Positions 39,650 through 53,700 of a DNA stretch of 64,000 bases are shown here, one piece after another. Below the pieces are notes generated by a model. That model was not told where the DNA came from. It made no database searches and saw only the letters and a list, made by a program, of their open reading frames with translations. Each line of letters starts with the position of its first letter. The first letter of the stretch is position 1. The stretch spans positions 171,554,001 through 171,618,000 of the forward strand of contig JBITNC010000001.1 in assembly GCA_050084985.1 (NCBI GenBank), written 5' to 3'. The translations under genes and the position numbers were made by a program. This DNA is from Nageia nagi. Taxonomy: Eukaryota > Plantae > Pinophyta.

Positions 39650-40620
39650 TTGTTAAGATGTGTTGAAAATAACCAAATTCTAAAAATCCTTAAAGATTTT
39701 CATAATGGAGTATGTGGTGGAAATTTTGCTCCTACCAAAACTACATATAAAATAATTAGGGTTGGATACTATTGGAATACTATGTTTAGAGACTATAATA
39801 AATATTTTCATTATTGTATAGAGTGTCAAAAATTTGCTGGCAGAGAGAAGTTTAGAATTGCCCCTTTGAAACCAATTATAGCTAATGCCCAATTTGCAAA
39901 ATGGGGTATTGATTTTGTAGGCCCAATCAAACCTTTGTTCAGTAAAGTACATATGTTTATCCTTATAGCTACTAATTATTTCACTAAGTGGGTAGAAGCT
40001 ATACCTACTTTTTGAGCAACCTCTGCAATCGTTATCAACTTCCTTATGAAAAATATGTATTCTAGATTTGGTATTCCCATTAGAATTGTCACTGATAATG
40101 CTATATGCTTCAATTGTATTGAAATGACCAATCATTGTCTTGAATATAATGTCCAAATCTAACTAGTATAAGATTATTACCCACAAGGAAATGGTCTCGC
40201 TAAATCATCAAACAAGAATTTGAGATGAATCATTTCTAGAATCCTTTGCCTTAATTGAGAAATTGGCATAATAAACTAGATTTTTCCCTTTGGGTAGATT
40301 GATTCACACCAAAAGAAGCAACTAAGTGCTCTTTGTTCTATATGGTTTATAGTAGAGAATAAGTTCTTTCGATCCAACTAGAGATTCCTAGCTTGAAATT
40401 AATGGTAAATATCAAATAAGATGAATCGGTAATAAAATCTAGTTGTGGAATAGTTGTCATGAAGACAAGGGTAAGCATAAGAAGTTCAACTCTTTATGGT
40501 TGGGACCTTATAAGATTTTTTAAAAAAATCTCAAATCATACTTGTACCATTTGTGATGGTGACTTGTATGTTTTCTCAATTACTTATAATATCATACATC
40601 TAAAAAAATTCTTTTCACAA
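39650..40620 (+). pseudogene. Integrase with GPY/F motif
   Basis: FHNGVCGG...GYYW...CIECQKF; WGIDFVGP; [10 protein letters not shown]; RFGIPIRIVTDN; YYPQGNGLA; KFNSLWLGPYKI. Confidence 0.9.
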
Positions 40621-41866
40621 GGCATAAATGAATGAAGGATCGAGGATGTTATCCTTAAAAAGTTAGACTAGATCATTAGTCCAAACGTTCCTTGTACATC
40701 ATGTATATATATTAAAACAAAAAATGTGTATTTTCAATGATTAAATTTTGATCAAGTTAATATTTTAAGATTTATTTATCCTTTCAAGCTTTTATACTAG
40801 TGTTCTTGCATAATTTTTCAAACAAGAGAGGTTTTTATGAGATAGTTTTCTTGGAAGTTAGTCTATTTACTTTTTGACCATAAAAGAACTTAAGGTTTCT
40901 TCTAAGTTGTTAATCTTTAAAATTCCTAAGACTCAATTTTATAAGATTGGACCCTAAAAAGAGATTGATGATATAAGAGAATTGAATAAGTCTTATGAGT
41001 AATACTAAGATAATAATGATTTTTCATTGATCTCCTTCTCAATCTAGCTATGAGAATTTGAAATGCTGGAATGGATGATGAAAGTTTTATTTCTTTCCAA
41101 ATTTATTTTGTTGATTATGGTAAGACTAATAATATAAAATATAAAAAAAGGAATAATTACAAATAAAAAAAAGGAAAAACGAAGAAAAAGAATGATGAAA
41201 ATTATTCTTAGCACTCAAAGAAACTCCATCGGGGCTATAAACGCTTGTTTATAGTGTGAGCAATTATTTGAAATCAGAGGTATCCCTACCAAGGCTATAA
41301 ATGCCTTCTAGAAGTAGAGGAAATGCCCTATATAAACAAGTACCAAGGATGTATGTAGGTAAATCGTACATAGGGATGAAGTACCATAAAAGAAAGGTTG
41401 GATTGATATAAAAAGTTACATTCCGAGTTCAATATTAGCAATGATGATTGCATAGTTTATTATCATGATCTTTGGAGATTATTTTTATAATAGTGTTCCC
41501 AGATAATTTATTTGATTAAATTATACTTTCTATTTCTTTTTAAGGATTATCCAATCAATTATTTATCAAGAGGATTAGGAAGATTGCAATGAAGGAGATT
41601 CTTGAGAAACTTTTTAAGTTGATGGATTATAGGATAATTTTTTAAGTTCCCCACATCTCATAAAAAAATTCCATTATTCTATAGCTATTCAAGAGAATGA
41701 CCAAAAATTACTAGGAAGGATTTCTTATTTCCAAAGTCTAAATATTTTCTTCTTCTAATCATGATCACCATGTTTTTTTTTCTTTGTGTAAATAATATGG
41801 CTTTGGTAACTAGAGATGATAGGATATTTTGTCTCACCAAGGCAAGACATCCCCAAATAGAGCCAA

Positions 41867-44800
41867 TGTTACCACCCAATGTTTGATTAATAAATGTTTT
41901 CTACTTTTTTCTCAATTTAGGTATCTAGGAAAAGTTTTATTATTTGTTTTAATTAAAAAAACATCTAAAAATTAAATAATCAAAAATCCAAAAATAATGA
42001 CTTATCAATACCACATGTTTTTATCACAAAATAGTTTGGACCATTAGGTAGTGTCTTTCACTATAGAGGCAAGTGCATATTATAAACATTAGTATGGAAG
42101 TTGATTTTTATGAAACTATTGAATGCCATCATCTAAGTTTGATTATAAGCACCTACCCTAGCCACGAGTGGAACTCGGTACTACTCAACCATTGAATGAT
42201 GAACATTGAAATCTCTCTTTCAAAGCTAAGTGCTCATTCTAGACACTGAAAAGTGTAAGTCGGTTCTCATCATGAACTAGAAACCAAAATGATCTTAGTT
42301 TTCAAAATTAGAGCTAATAATGATGAATTTTGATTATCTTTTTGTTTCCTTTTTTGCATCTACTTAGAAATCAACCTGGTAGATACTAGGCACTTTTCCA
42401 TCCCTTAGTTGAAGCTTGTAAACTTCCTAGCTAGAGCGACTAAGTGATAATGGTGTTTGCATAGAGTTGACCTATTAGCAAGAGTGACTATCATTGTTGT
42501 AGGATGTTGAATATTGATATGTAGCAACTAAGAGACTCCATTATCATCTCCACTCCTTATGACCTACATCCAAACAAGAGATCAAGGTCCATGGGACTTA
42601 GTCAGATCAAACCTTCCTTTCCTTTGTTGCATTATCTTGCACATTCATTTAAAGTGACTAACTAAAATTGAAACTTAATTTAAAGTAACTAAGTAATACA
42701 TTTATCACATTTGGTTAGAACCCACCTTACAATGACTAAGCATTGTATTTTTCATACCAATTTTTCTTCTGACCATAGTAACCAAACACATTCTAAAAAC
42801 TCTAACATTTGGTTGTCGCACTGAATTGAAGTGCATCTCAAAGTGACTTAAATGTTTAGTTTTTGCATGATTTTGAGTTCATCTCAAAGTGACTAATTTA
42901 TATTAAAGTTGCATCATATTGATAATCAATTGTAAGTGACCATGCACTTCATTTGTCACATCATTTTAAACTTCATTTCAAAGGACTTAGCCAAATTTTA
43001 CTAGTCGCACCCACATATGTTTTTAACTTGATGCGACTAAAGGAAAATGAGTAATTTTGAGAAAATATTTTTTTGATAAAATTACACTTTTCATCTTATC
43101 TCAAAATGATGGTTAACTTAATTTTCATCTATTTTTCAAGGTGAGCAAGTCAAAGAAATACACCAATGGTTATTGCCGACTCACCAAGAGTAGTTTAATT
43201 GAATTGAACAAAGATGGGAAAATAAAGCAAAGGGCTCGATATTATGATAGAATTGAGAACATCAAAGATATTAAGTGGAATCATACTGATTTAGTTTTTA
43301 TAATCAAAGAGGCTGATGGGATTTTAGAAGAGGTCAAAGAGAAAGATATCCTCCATTCTTCAAGACTTTTCAAGGATGCAGTTATTCATTTTCTATGACT
43401 TTTCAAGAATTAGTCCTAGAAGTTGCAAAACATACAAAATTTGAAAACAAAGTTGTAAATGATGTTGATGTAAACATAATTGTAGACCTTACCAAAGAAG
43501 GCATTGAAGAAGCTATGGGTTGGTCCAATAGGGGTGTCATTTTCATCCAAAATGATGTTAATCAAAGAATGAAGAATACAATAACAAACATAGGCCCAAT
43601 GATTTCATACGATCTCTATTGAAACCAGAGCATCATGGTTTAGCTTACCAAGCTATCATGATAGTGCAGAGATGTTTATTTTATGAAACAACAAATAAAG
43701 CCATTAGTTTCTTATGTAGAATTTTGGTTAAATCTATTGATATCTGGTTTGATAAGGACTTGTTTAGTTTCCTATACAAATTCAATAAAAGGGAGAGCAT
43801 CTAGTGGAGTAAGGTTATCATTAATGAGATGATCAACCAGTTAAAGGAAGTGAGGATAACAAGGAGATTCTTTTATTTTTTCATATTTGGTATTTTTATT
43901 ACTGAAGGGTAAGAATCAACCTCATACCCATGGCATCAAAAAGGTTATCTTTAATCAGATGGCTACTATCTATATGGCCTACTCCAAATTTCATAAGGTT
44001 GAAGAATGGAGTTATATCCAAATGAGGATTGATGAATGGTAATATGCGATTATTAAGGAGATGAAAATGACCTAACATGTCCCTATGATTTCCATCGAAG
44101 CTTATGAATTGTTGAAAAGGTTTATTGATTTTTACCTTGAGTAATTTGATAAATATTATATCAAAGTTTTTGGTGTAGATATGGCTCCTCTGAAATTACC
44201 ACATTACCTGAGTGATAGAATGGTTTTTCTATAATTTATCAAACAAGCTTCCTATTTTCATGAAAATTTTGCCAAGGAGAAGAAATAGGCAACAATCAAG
44301 ATGTCTATCACCCTATCTTGGTATTGTTGCAATAATTGGTTGGAAGCGAAGATCATTAAGTGTGAAATTAAAAGATATAGTTTTGAAAGACTATTGAAAA
44401 TGAATTATGATCCAACTAGAGTGGTTGATAGGTTTTATTAGAAATTTTATACAAATTATAAACATCACTCCCTCGACCACCTAGAGAAATTTTGAAATGT
44501 GCGCTCAGAGCTAGAGACTCAAAGGATCTCAAAATAATTGGTACAGGAGGAGGGGAGAAAATGAAAGGAACATCAAGAGGTAAAAGCCATAAAAGCCCCC
44601 CATAATAGTCTCAATAAACATTTAAGCATGATTTTACTAAATATCTAAATTTCAATCCATTCGGCTAAATGCAAGGAGTTAATGTCTTGAAAATAATAAA
44701 TACATCCAAGATTGTACACATAAAGTCTCATTTTGAGAGTGGAAAAAGTAGTCATGTTGTTGCACCTGGTGAGAACTCTTATTCTAGTAGTAGTTATTTG

Positions 44801-47564
44801 GAGAGTTTTGATAATGACCACTGATCAAAATCAAGCAAAAATGATACAAGGTTAAGGAGTCATAGTTTTGAAAGGGAGGAGAAACAATCTGATAAAGATG
44901 AAGGAAATGAAGAAGAATAGGTTGAAGAAATATCCGAAGAATATCAAGACCTTTATTGACACCCACAATGAAGGAGAAGAGGAGTTTGTAAATATCATAG
45001 AATTCAAAGAAGAAGGAGAAATCAAGGAAAATGCACCTATTCCTCATGAGGGTTCATCTAGCTTGGATTTAATTGCTACTTATTCTTTCTCCACCTTAGA
45101 GGTGCCAAATCAAGAAGGAATGATTTCAGATATTCCAACACAAAAGGCCATGAAGGGGTCTACAAAAACTATGGATTGATTGATTAAAAGGTTTGAGGCA
45201 AAGAAAGATTCCATTCCTCATAAAAGATCTATTTCATAGAAATCTTCATCGAAATAGTCATCTAGAGTAGTTGGAGGGAATGACGGTTGTGGTGATGATG
45301 ATGATGAAGAAAATGAGAAAATAAGGAAGAAGAGAAAACAAGATGAACATGAAAAATAAATTATCATAGTTTATGATAACACTACCCTTGATTAGCTTAA
45401 CTCAAAAAATATTTTTAAGAATATAGATATTTATGCCTATTTGAAGAGGCTTGAAGAAATTAACAACGAAAGCAAAGGGGAAGAAGAAATAGAGGACACA
45501 TATGAGGAAGTTACCCTAATTTCTCAAGAATTACCAATTGTTGTAGAGTTTAGAAAGGAGACCCTATGCATTAGAAAACTTTCAACCAATGTTAGAAAGG
45601 CCAAATATAAGAGGTAGATAACCATGGAGTATGACATTGGGCCTCTAGGTATTGAATCCAATGCATACATCATTGATCATGGTACCAAGAATTTGACAAA
45701 GTTAGCTCAAGATAAAGAGTCAGAGGTTAATAAAATCAAGATCAAGATGAAGAAAAAATTTAATGATATTGGAAAAATGGGAGTTAATAAAGAAGAATTG
45801 AAATCTAGATATAAAAGAGGTTGTGAGTTCGAGAAGAGAATCAATAAGTTGATAGAGAAAGCAACCCGAGTTTTCCCAAATGCCTATCATGACCTTGTTT
45901 ATCTTGATAACATGAATTTTTTAGTTATATGGTGTTGAAGATGACATAAAAAAATATGCATATTAGTGGATGTAAGAAGTGTAAAATGTTGCAAGAATTG
46001 AGCATGAAGTTATCAATGATGAGAAATTGCTAATTTTTTATAAAGAATTTTCATTTCTTTTTGATTGGTTGTCAAATGCAAAACTCATATGCAAATCATT
46101 CAATGATAAATTCAATGAGGTTTATAAATAAAATCAACATATTATTAATTTGGTTGATTTTTCAACCTTGAATGAATCAAGTTAATGGAGAAGCGATAAT
46201 GAAGTCAAAGAAAGCTTGAGGGAACTCCTAGAGAAAAAGTTGAAATTAGAAGATTCAGAGGAAGTTTTTAGATCGTATGAGCATTATCTCTCTTGGATTT
46301 CCCATGTTAAAATAACACATCAAAAGATTACAAATTGGGAAATAGAGCAGATGATATGTCAATATCAGGGGTTATTGTAAGGATGCGATAGAGTTTGTAA
46401 TTTCTTAAGGAGAGATATCAAGGCAAAGGTTGTAGAGATGATAGCTTTATTTCCCCCTCAATCATCAATAAGTTGAAGATTAGTTTATTATTTTTTTTCC
46501 CAATAGCATTGTAAAAGTAATTAAGAGTGTTAGAAAAATTTTTTCCCCTTAATTTCCAAATATAGTTAAAGTTTTGTGTCTTATTTTCTAGACTTAGTTT
46601 CTTTTTGGGTTGGCTAGTTTTCAGACTTAGCCAAATTTTGATGGTTCTAAAATTAAGGTTTTAAAAATTAGGGTTTCTAAAGAAGTTATGGTTTTGTTTT
46701 AAACCTAAGTACTTTTTAGTAGCACTTAAAGGTGAAGGAGCCTCATTTGCAACTCTCTCTCTGGCACTCTAAATTCTAAAAATTGCACTCTGAAGCTTCT
46801 ATAATATAAGATAGTATCTTTTGCATCTTGTATATGTATGCTTGTTTTTTTATACTTATTTGAGGGATGATATGAATTTAAAGTATATGCAATAATTAAT
46901 TTCTTATACCTAGATAATGTTATCTTTTTACAAACTTAAAAAGCAATTAACATTTGAGTTAATGAAAGAAATATGATGTATTATTCAAGCTACATAGTAT
47001 AATACCTCATTAAAGAAACTAAGTTTTTCATCAATAAGAAGTAAAAGAGACTAAGTGCAAGATGATCTACTTTGAGTTTTTCACTTCTTACTTATAACTT
47101 GATTAACTTGGGCAAGAATTCTTCAGCTTGGTTAAAATGGTTAAGTGATTGTTTACTTTTCTAGAATTAGTGGAATGATCATTTAAGTCAAGGGTAAGAA
47201 AAATTGTGATGGAAATAAACTAAGTCTTAGCACATTAAGAGGAAAAGGTGAAAAAAAGTTAAAAAGAAATTCATTTCATAAGTGAAAAGATACTTATGTC
47301 AAACATATTACTATCTTCCTCATAACTTGGATAACTCGAGCAAGTCTAAGGCAATTGAGTTACAAACATTAAGTAATTGCTTACTTTTCTGGAACTAGTG
47401 GGAAAAGTATTAATCTAAGCATAGGAAAGATTGTGAGAAAAACAACATAAGCCTTGAAAAAATATATTAGCACTAAGAAAACATAATGAGGACCACCTCA
47501 TTAAAAGGAGGATCTTAGATCCCTACTGTCCCCTTTTTCTTCAAACAAGAAAAAGTGGTTAACA
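41867..47564 (+). repeat. 3' LTR (5,698 bp)
   Basis: TG...CA termini; preceded by degenerate PPT AAATAGAGCCAA; lacks about 300 bp present in the 5' LTR. Confidence 0.93.
43141..46514 (+). pseudogene. Accessory ORF inside the 3' LTR (about 1,100 codons, decayed)
   Basis: ORF-track pieces SKSKKYTNGYCRL...DIKWNHTDL, FQELVLEVAKH...IEEAMGWSNRG, MEYDIGPLGIESNAY... Confidence 0.8.
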
Positions 47565-47569
47565 ATGTG

Positions 47570-48900
47570 TCACATTTACAGGGTCTGGAACTAACTCCCT
47601 AGCCTAATAGAGATCAAGGATGGATAGAATGGTGGAAGATGTTATATTTTATATGATTACTCTATTTTGTAGCTTTAGGAGAAATATGGTCAAACTTCAA
47701 TAATACTCTAATATAATGCTAAAATTATAGCTTGCTCAAGTTGTCCTTCTCTTGGAAGCATGTCTACTCATCTAGTCTCTTCAAGTTCATGTTACAAGTC
47801 TACATTATGAGTTCAAGATTTTTATATATGTGAAAATCAATGTGCTCATATTTGAGCCCATATCCACTAGTTAAAAGTTGATGATAAATTATCTAAGGAT
47901 TTTTTCAAAAATCTCCATTGACCTCAATAGGCTACATAATTTTGAGCTATTTAAGAGGTAAGAGAAAGATTCATCACTTTTTCAAATATTAGTGAATATT
48001 TTATCAAGCATTATTGATAGTTTTTTTTTGTAAGTATTCATGCTTAAGTATGATAAAGCATTATATGCCTATTTATAAGTGGTTCTATAGAGGATATTGA
48101 GCACCCAATAAGAAACATACAATAAGATGAGTTGTTTGAATTATTATCCCAAATGGATAATGATAAAGCCCCTAGATTGGATGTATTTCCTTATGAATTC
48201 TACAATGTATTATAGGATGTGATGGAATTTGAATTTTATTGTGTCTACCAAGAAGATATGATTAATGACTCTCTAATATATTCAATCAATAAAGGAAACA
48301 TTAAATTTATCCCCAAGCTATGGGAGCAAAAGCTCATCACCAATTGGGGACCATTCACCTTATTTAATATGAGCTTTAAAATCATTACCAAGGCCTTAGC
48401 ACTAAGGCTTTGCCTGTTGCTTCCATTTTTATTCAAACTAGAGAAAATATAGTTCATTCACAATAACTTCATCTTGCACAATATGTTAGCCATCTAAGAA
48501 GGAATGGAATGGGATAGGATCACCCAAAAAAATACTATCTATATCAAAATTATCATTGATAAAGCCTATAATTGAATTAAATGGAATTTCATTTGACCAT
48601 GCTTTAGGATCTAGGTTTTTGGATTAGCTTCATGAAGACTATTTGAATATTATTTCAGGATGCTTCAGTAGTACTCACCCTTAACAATACATACACAAAG
48701 GATTTTGTTTTTAATTAGATAAGGTTTCCTAATGGAATCCTCCTTATATTTTTTAGTCGTAGAAGCCTTTAACTATCTACTAGCTAACCAACCATCCATG
48801 GCATAATCAAGGGCATCTTACTTCCTAACAATAAGGAGCAACTTATAGATGAGTAATTTGTTAGTTATTCCTTCTTGATAATTAGAAAAGAGAAGTTAGC
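47570..48900 (+). mobile_element. Decayed L1 LINE, 3' part (ORF2 linker and reverse transcriptase remnant)
   Basis: DKAPRLDVFPYEFY (KAPGPDGF-like), INKGNIKFIPK, NWGPFTLFNMSFKIITKALALRL (NWRPISLLN.SYKI-like), DKAYN (KAYD-like). Continues from the left part across the TSD. Confidence 0.8.
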
Positions 48901-50744
48901 ATGAGATATTTCTAGTCAATAATTAAAAAAAATAACAATAAAAGAAGACTTGGAAAATAAGTAAACTAGTTTATTAATGACTGGTGACTCATTTATTTAA
49001 CGATAAAACATAATAATTAGAAATTAAAGTACAAAGTTAAGAATTAATGACTTTGTAATGATATAACATTAACATAATCAAATAAGATTGAGAAAGATAG
49101 ATGAAATGTTAATTTGAATCACCATCCTAATGGAAGAAGAATCACCATCTTAAACACAAATCACCACATCTATTTAACAAAAAATAAAGCATATAAAAAA
49201 ATCTAAAATAAAAGAAAGTTTGCAGTGGTATGAGAAAGAATATAGAAAATTGATTATACAAATGTGTCTTTAGATTATAAAATATATCATGTATTAGTCA
49301 CTTAGATTATATTGTAAGAATTGTTAGATCCCTATTGGTGACTTGTAATTTCTAATATATTAATACAAATCATACCTCCATTACTTTAAATCATTATATG
49401 TTCAATTTCTATTGATATAATTAAATTTTTATTTTATCTTTTTGACTACCTCATTTTCTCATATGTAAGAAAGAACCCTAACAATCAAATCCTTTTATAT
49501 CATAAAACTAGTCAATAATTCTATTGTTGAGACTCCTATAGATAGAGACATGAGGTCTCCATGAATCTTGGAAGAGAATTATAAGATAGTTCCCTTTAAA
49601 CCTTCAAATAGATCTATTGAAATTTGGTTCTCTAACCAAATCAACCAATTTGTGAAGTGTGTGATTCATGAATGGAAGTTACATATACTTCTAGGTTGAG
49701 TTTCCATAAGTATTCTACAATTGACTCATTAAATAACTAAAAGTTGCCACTACTATTGTAAATTTCTAAAATTAAATGGGACAAGGAACTCCTGATTCAT
49801 TTGAAAATCCCTAAACAATATTGGGTCAAAAATGTTTATAATTGGGTTGATAATACACTAGATATACATGCCATTGAATTTGCATTACAAGATTAGGTGT
49901 CTTATGATGTCAAGAAAGAAATATTCTTTAGAGTTTTGAGGAAATATTTTCTTAAAAATTTACATTAGATTTGGAAATGCTACCTGATAAAAGATGGAGG
50001 TACTCCTAATGCTTTATTCCACTTATAAGGGAGGAAGGCATCATGGGTTGAGGAGAGAACCTAGAGAATAAAGAAAATTTAAAGAAATGGTAAAAATGAT
50101 GTTATAGTAATTAGTATGGAAGGATGTGATAGTTATACAATAAAGATTTAAAAAGAAGAAAATCAAGGACAAGCTAGATAGGAAGCAAGGATACCAAAAT
50201 AGGAAGAGGAGAAGAGGAGGAAGTAAAATGGAAAAGAAAGGAGAAATAAAAAGATGCTAAGAAAAAGTATGATGATTTCTTATGGAATGAACAATGTAAA
50301 ATAAGAGAAAAATAAAATCTATAAAAGGAAATATTTAAAAAGAAGGAAAGGGATCCCTTATCGATAGAAGGGACCTCCTTTGATCCACTATACATAACTA
50401 GTAAAAATCTATACGAATTGATAGAAAATCTGATTATAAAATTTAAGAATGATTAAGTTAAGAAGTAAAGAGATATTTCAAGCTAGCGGAAGATAATTGT
50501 GGGAAAATGAATTCGATCATTGAATAATTATGTAAATATTTGGAAGAACTTTTCATGATAATTTTTAATTATAGCTCCCTAATAATTTATGATAGATTCC
50601 ATGACATTATCCTCCTAAGGGTAGTTCAGTTCATGACACCAACATTGAGACTCATTGAACATTTTATAATCCTAATGCTTGCATTATTGGCCTTTTGATT
50701 ATCTTAATGTTGACATAATGAGCACACAAATCACTCCTCTACAC

Positions 50745-53700
50745 CGCTAGATCAAGTCACTACAAGATTGGTGGTCTTGCACCACTTCAACCCTTCCATG
50801 ATTATAGATAGTAGGTATAGTGCTAATACAATGTCATGATTTCTATTTTGCTCCTCAAAAGATAAATTTCTTTATATGATTATGATTTCACATTCTTTGT
50901 TCACAATTTCAACAATATTTTTAATTATTGTAGAAGAGATTGATTTACAAATTATAGCATAAATTTAATTGTTAACTCCAATCAACATTAATTTGGGTAA
51001 TAACTTATCTAGATTTCTTTCAAAAGGTAATAGGAAACTGACAATGCAATCAACAATATCTTCCCTCTTAGATTCTCCTTCATATTTGGTATGGTATTCA
51101 CTTGTTATTTCAAGCACTTATTCTTCAAAAATTCCTTGAGGTATAAATAATATCGACACTTCAAAATTTGCTTCACTCTTGAATAACCTCTTATGAAATA
51201 GTCTCTTAATACTTTGATTAATAAGTTGTTCAGAAGGATATAGGTGTCTTTCTTGAAGTCTTATTAAATTTTTAGTCTAACTTATTGATAATATGTTAAG
51301 AATTTATTGGTTGAAAAAGATAATTTTGTTTTTAAATTTTGAATAGATTTTATCAACTATGAGAGCTCTTTCAATAGGGTGAGATCTTGGTAATTCCATG
51401 AAAAATCATCTCACCTTTCATTCCTTTTCTAAATATCTTTTCCAAAAAGAGTTAATTTTGAAGGTTTTTATTTGCACTTTTAAAAAATTTCCTGAGTGAC
51501 TAACAAGTATAGTCATCAACCCAAATTCACTTGTAAAAAATAGTAGCTTTCCCAACAAAGTCACCATTTTTTTAACCACTTTTTCTTATATAAGAAAAAG
51601 GGTAAAGTGATTAAACAATCCTCCTTTTTAACAAGGTGTTCCTCAAATAATATCAATATTCTTCTTCAACTAGATAATAAAAAATGATTCATTTATAAAA
51701 ATTCAACTAAAAACTATCCTTTTCCACTTTATAAATGGTTAGAAAAAGAAGTTTAATTTAACCTAGCTTCAAAGCTTACCAAGTCAAATAATAAAAGTAA
51801 TACCAGATAGATTAAAATGGCAATGATAGTTACCTTTTATCAATATATAATTTCAAATAAATATTGATTAATTAGTATTAATCTTCATCAACACTTATAA
51901 ACTTTGTTGCAATGCTTGTAAAAATCTTAAGAGGAAAAACAATCACATGCAATGCCAATTTACTAATTGAATTGTAAATAAAACGTACATGCAATAGTAA
52001 TATCAAAATAATGACAACATGAAAGCAATCAAATTCTTCTTTTATTAATTCTTAGTCTTCAAAAATACATCAGCTTCTTACATAGCAAGAGAGTGTTAAA
52101 AAAAATATTTTCCTTCTTTTATAATAATTGGGGAGTAGGTGAAACAACTTGACTCTTTGCCTACCCTATTTCAATTTCAAAAATATCTCCTTAATTTTTG
52201 GAGGTCCTCTTCAACTTCCTTCTAACCTAACTCAAATGAAAACTGACTAACTCTAATGGTCAACTAACTATATATTATATAAAAAAAATTATTTTCTCAA
52301 AATACAAATTCCTTTCGCTATCCAAGGTGTACCACATGTGAGTCAACATATTTCAAAGGAAAATCAATCCTCCTTTGCATGCATCCAAACCAACTGAATT
52401 CTAAAACCTCATCTAAGGGGTACAACATGAGTCATGAAAGCTTCATCAAATTAGCAAGATTATTCTACAAAATCTTTTCTTGCAAATTTTTATCAAAGCC
52501 ACACTATTGAAGAATTGCATGTTTCTAGTTTCTAGTACGATATTTAATTTTTCATGTATAGCTCCAAATTTTAATACCATTGAACTACATTTCACTTCAG
52601 TTATTGGAAACCATCCATAAAATAAAAATAATTTATTACAAATACTGATTTATTGTACTATGTTATTTGGAAATTTTTTCCTTCCATCTTGAACAAACTT
52701 TACATTTGCTTCCTAGATCTCATTTTTTGTCACTATCTTCTTATTCATGTCCTTTATCTCTTTTCTCATCACAAAAAACTAAGTCAAAAATCATAAGCAA
52801 TATCAAAAGTGGAAAGTAATTGGGAAATAAGAGCTTGAGCCTTTTAGAAGAATTATTATCCTTTTTAATAGTTTCACTTTATGATGTTATCATCTACATT
52901 TAAGGCTTTCCAACCTTTTCCCTACATTTGCTCTTACTTTAATTCTTTTTCCAATTCTTTGACCATTTTCTTATACCTTTTAATCAATTTTTGCATATTA
53001 TACATGGAAAATTTTCACATATAACCATTTATATATTCATTTATTCACTCAATGTCTACTTTATCTATATGAATTTTCAAATTTATTGTGTCCTTTGGTC
53101 ACTTTTGATTTCTATATATTTTTTTGGAGAAGATTATTACATCTTCTTTAATCCTTGGAAATCTTTAGAAGAGTTTTGGTGATCTTGAAGGTGTTAGTAT
53201 CTTTTCCTTATTCTTTTCATCTGCATCATCACCATCACTTTCACTCATATATTTTAGGCTTTGTAAATAGGCATTTAAGTCTTCCTTCTAACCAAGTTTC
53301 ATCATTGATTTTTTGAGCAGCATGTGATTGTGTTATAGGAATAATCTACTTCTTTGAAATTAGATCATGTTTAGTTTACTTTATTTTATTTATTATTTAT
53401 AAGATTTATTCATTGCTATTATCACCATCTCTTGACCCACCTACACCTAGGCTTTGATCCTTAATACCATTGGGAGTACTTGCATTGCTTTTGATATAAT
53501 TTGGCTTTTTTGGAAAAGATTTTGTTTTGATTATTTGGATCTTTGAATTGATGATGAATATATTCCTAAGTATGCATACGTATAATAACTTCATTTGGAT
53601 TAATTTATCCTTCCTCCTCTTCATCATATATATATTCAATGTTGATGTCTTTATTATCATCATCCTTAGTCCTCATTCTTAATGAGATACCCAGACTCGA

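Larger units (their letters stand above)
28224..47564 (+). mobile_element. Full-length 19,341-bp Tat-lineage Ty3/gypsy LTR retrotransposon with ~6-kb LTRs
   Basis: Both LTRs run TGTTACCACCCAA...AAGTGGTTAACA. Perfect 5-bp TSD ATGTG (28219-28223, 47565-47569). PBS, PPT-like tract, gag, PR, aRH, RT, RH and INT are all recognisable. Confidence 0.95.

Noticed and set aside
49320-50743. Possible very decayed gypsy gag/LTR remnant
   Set aside because: Only faint hints; no motif could be read with confidence.
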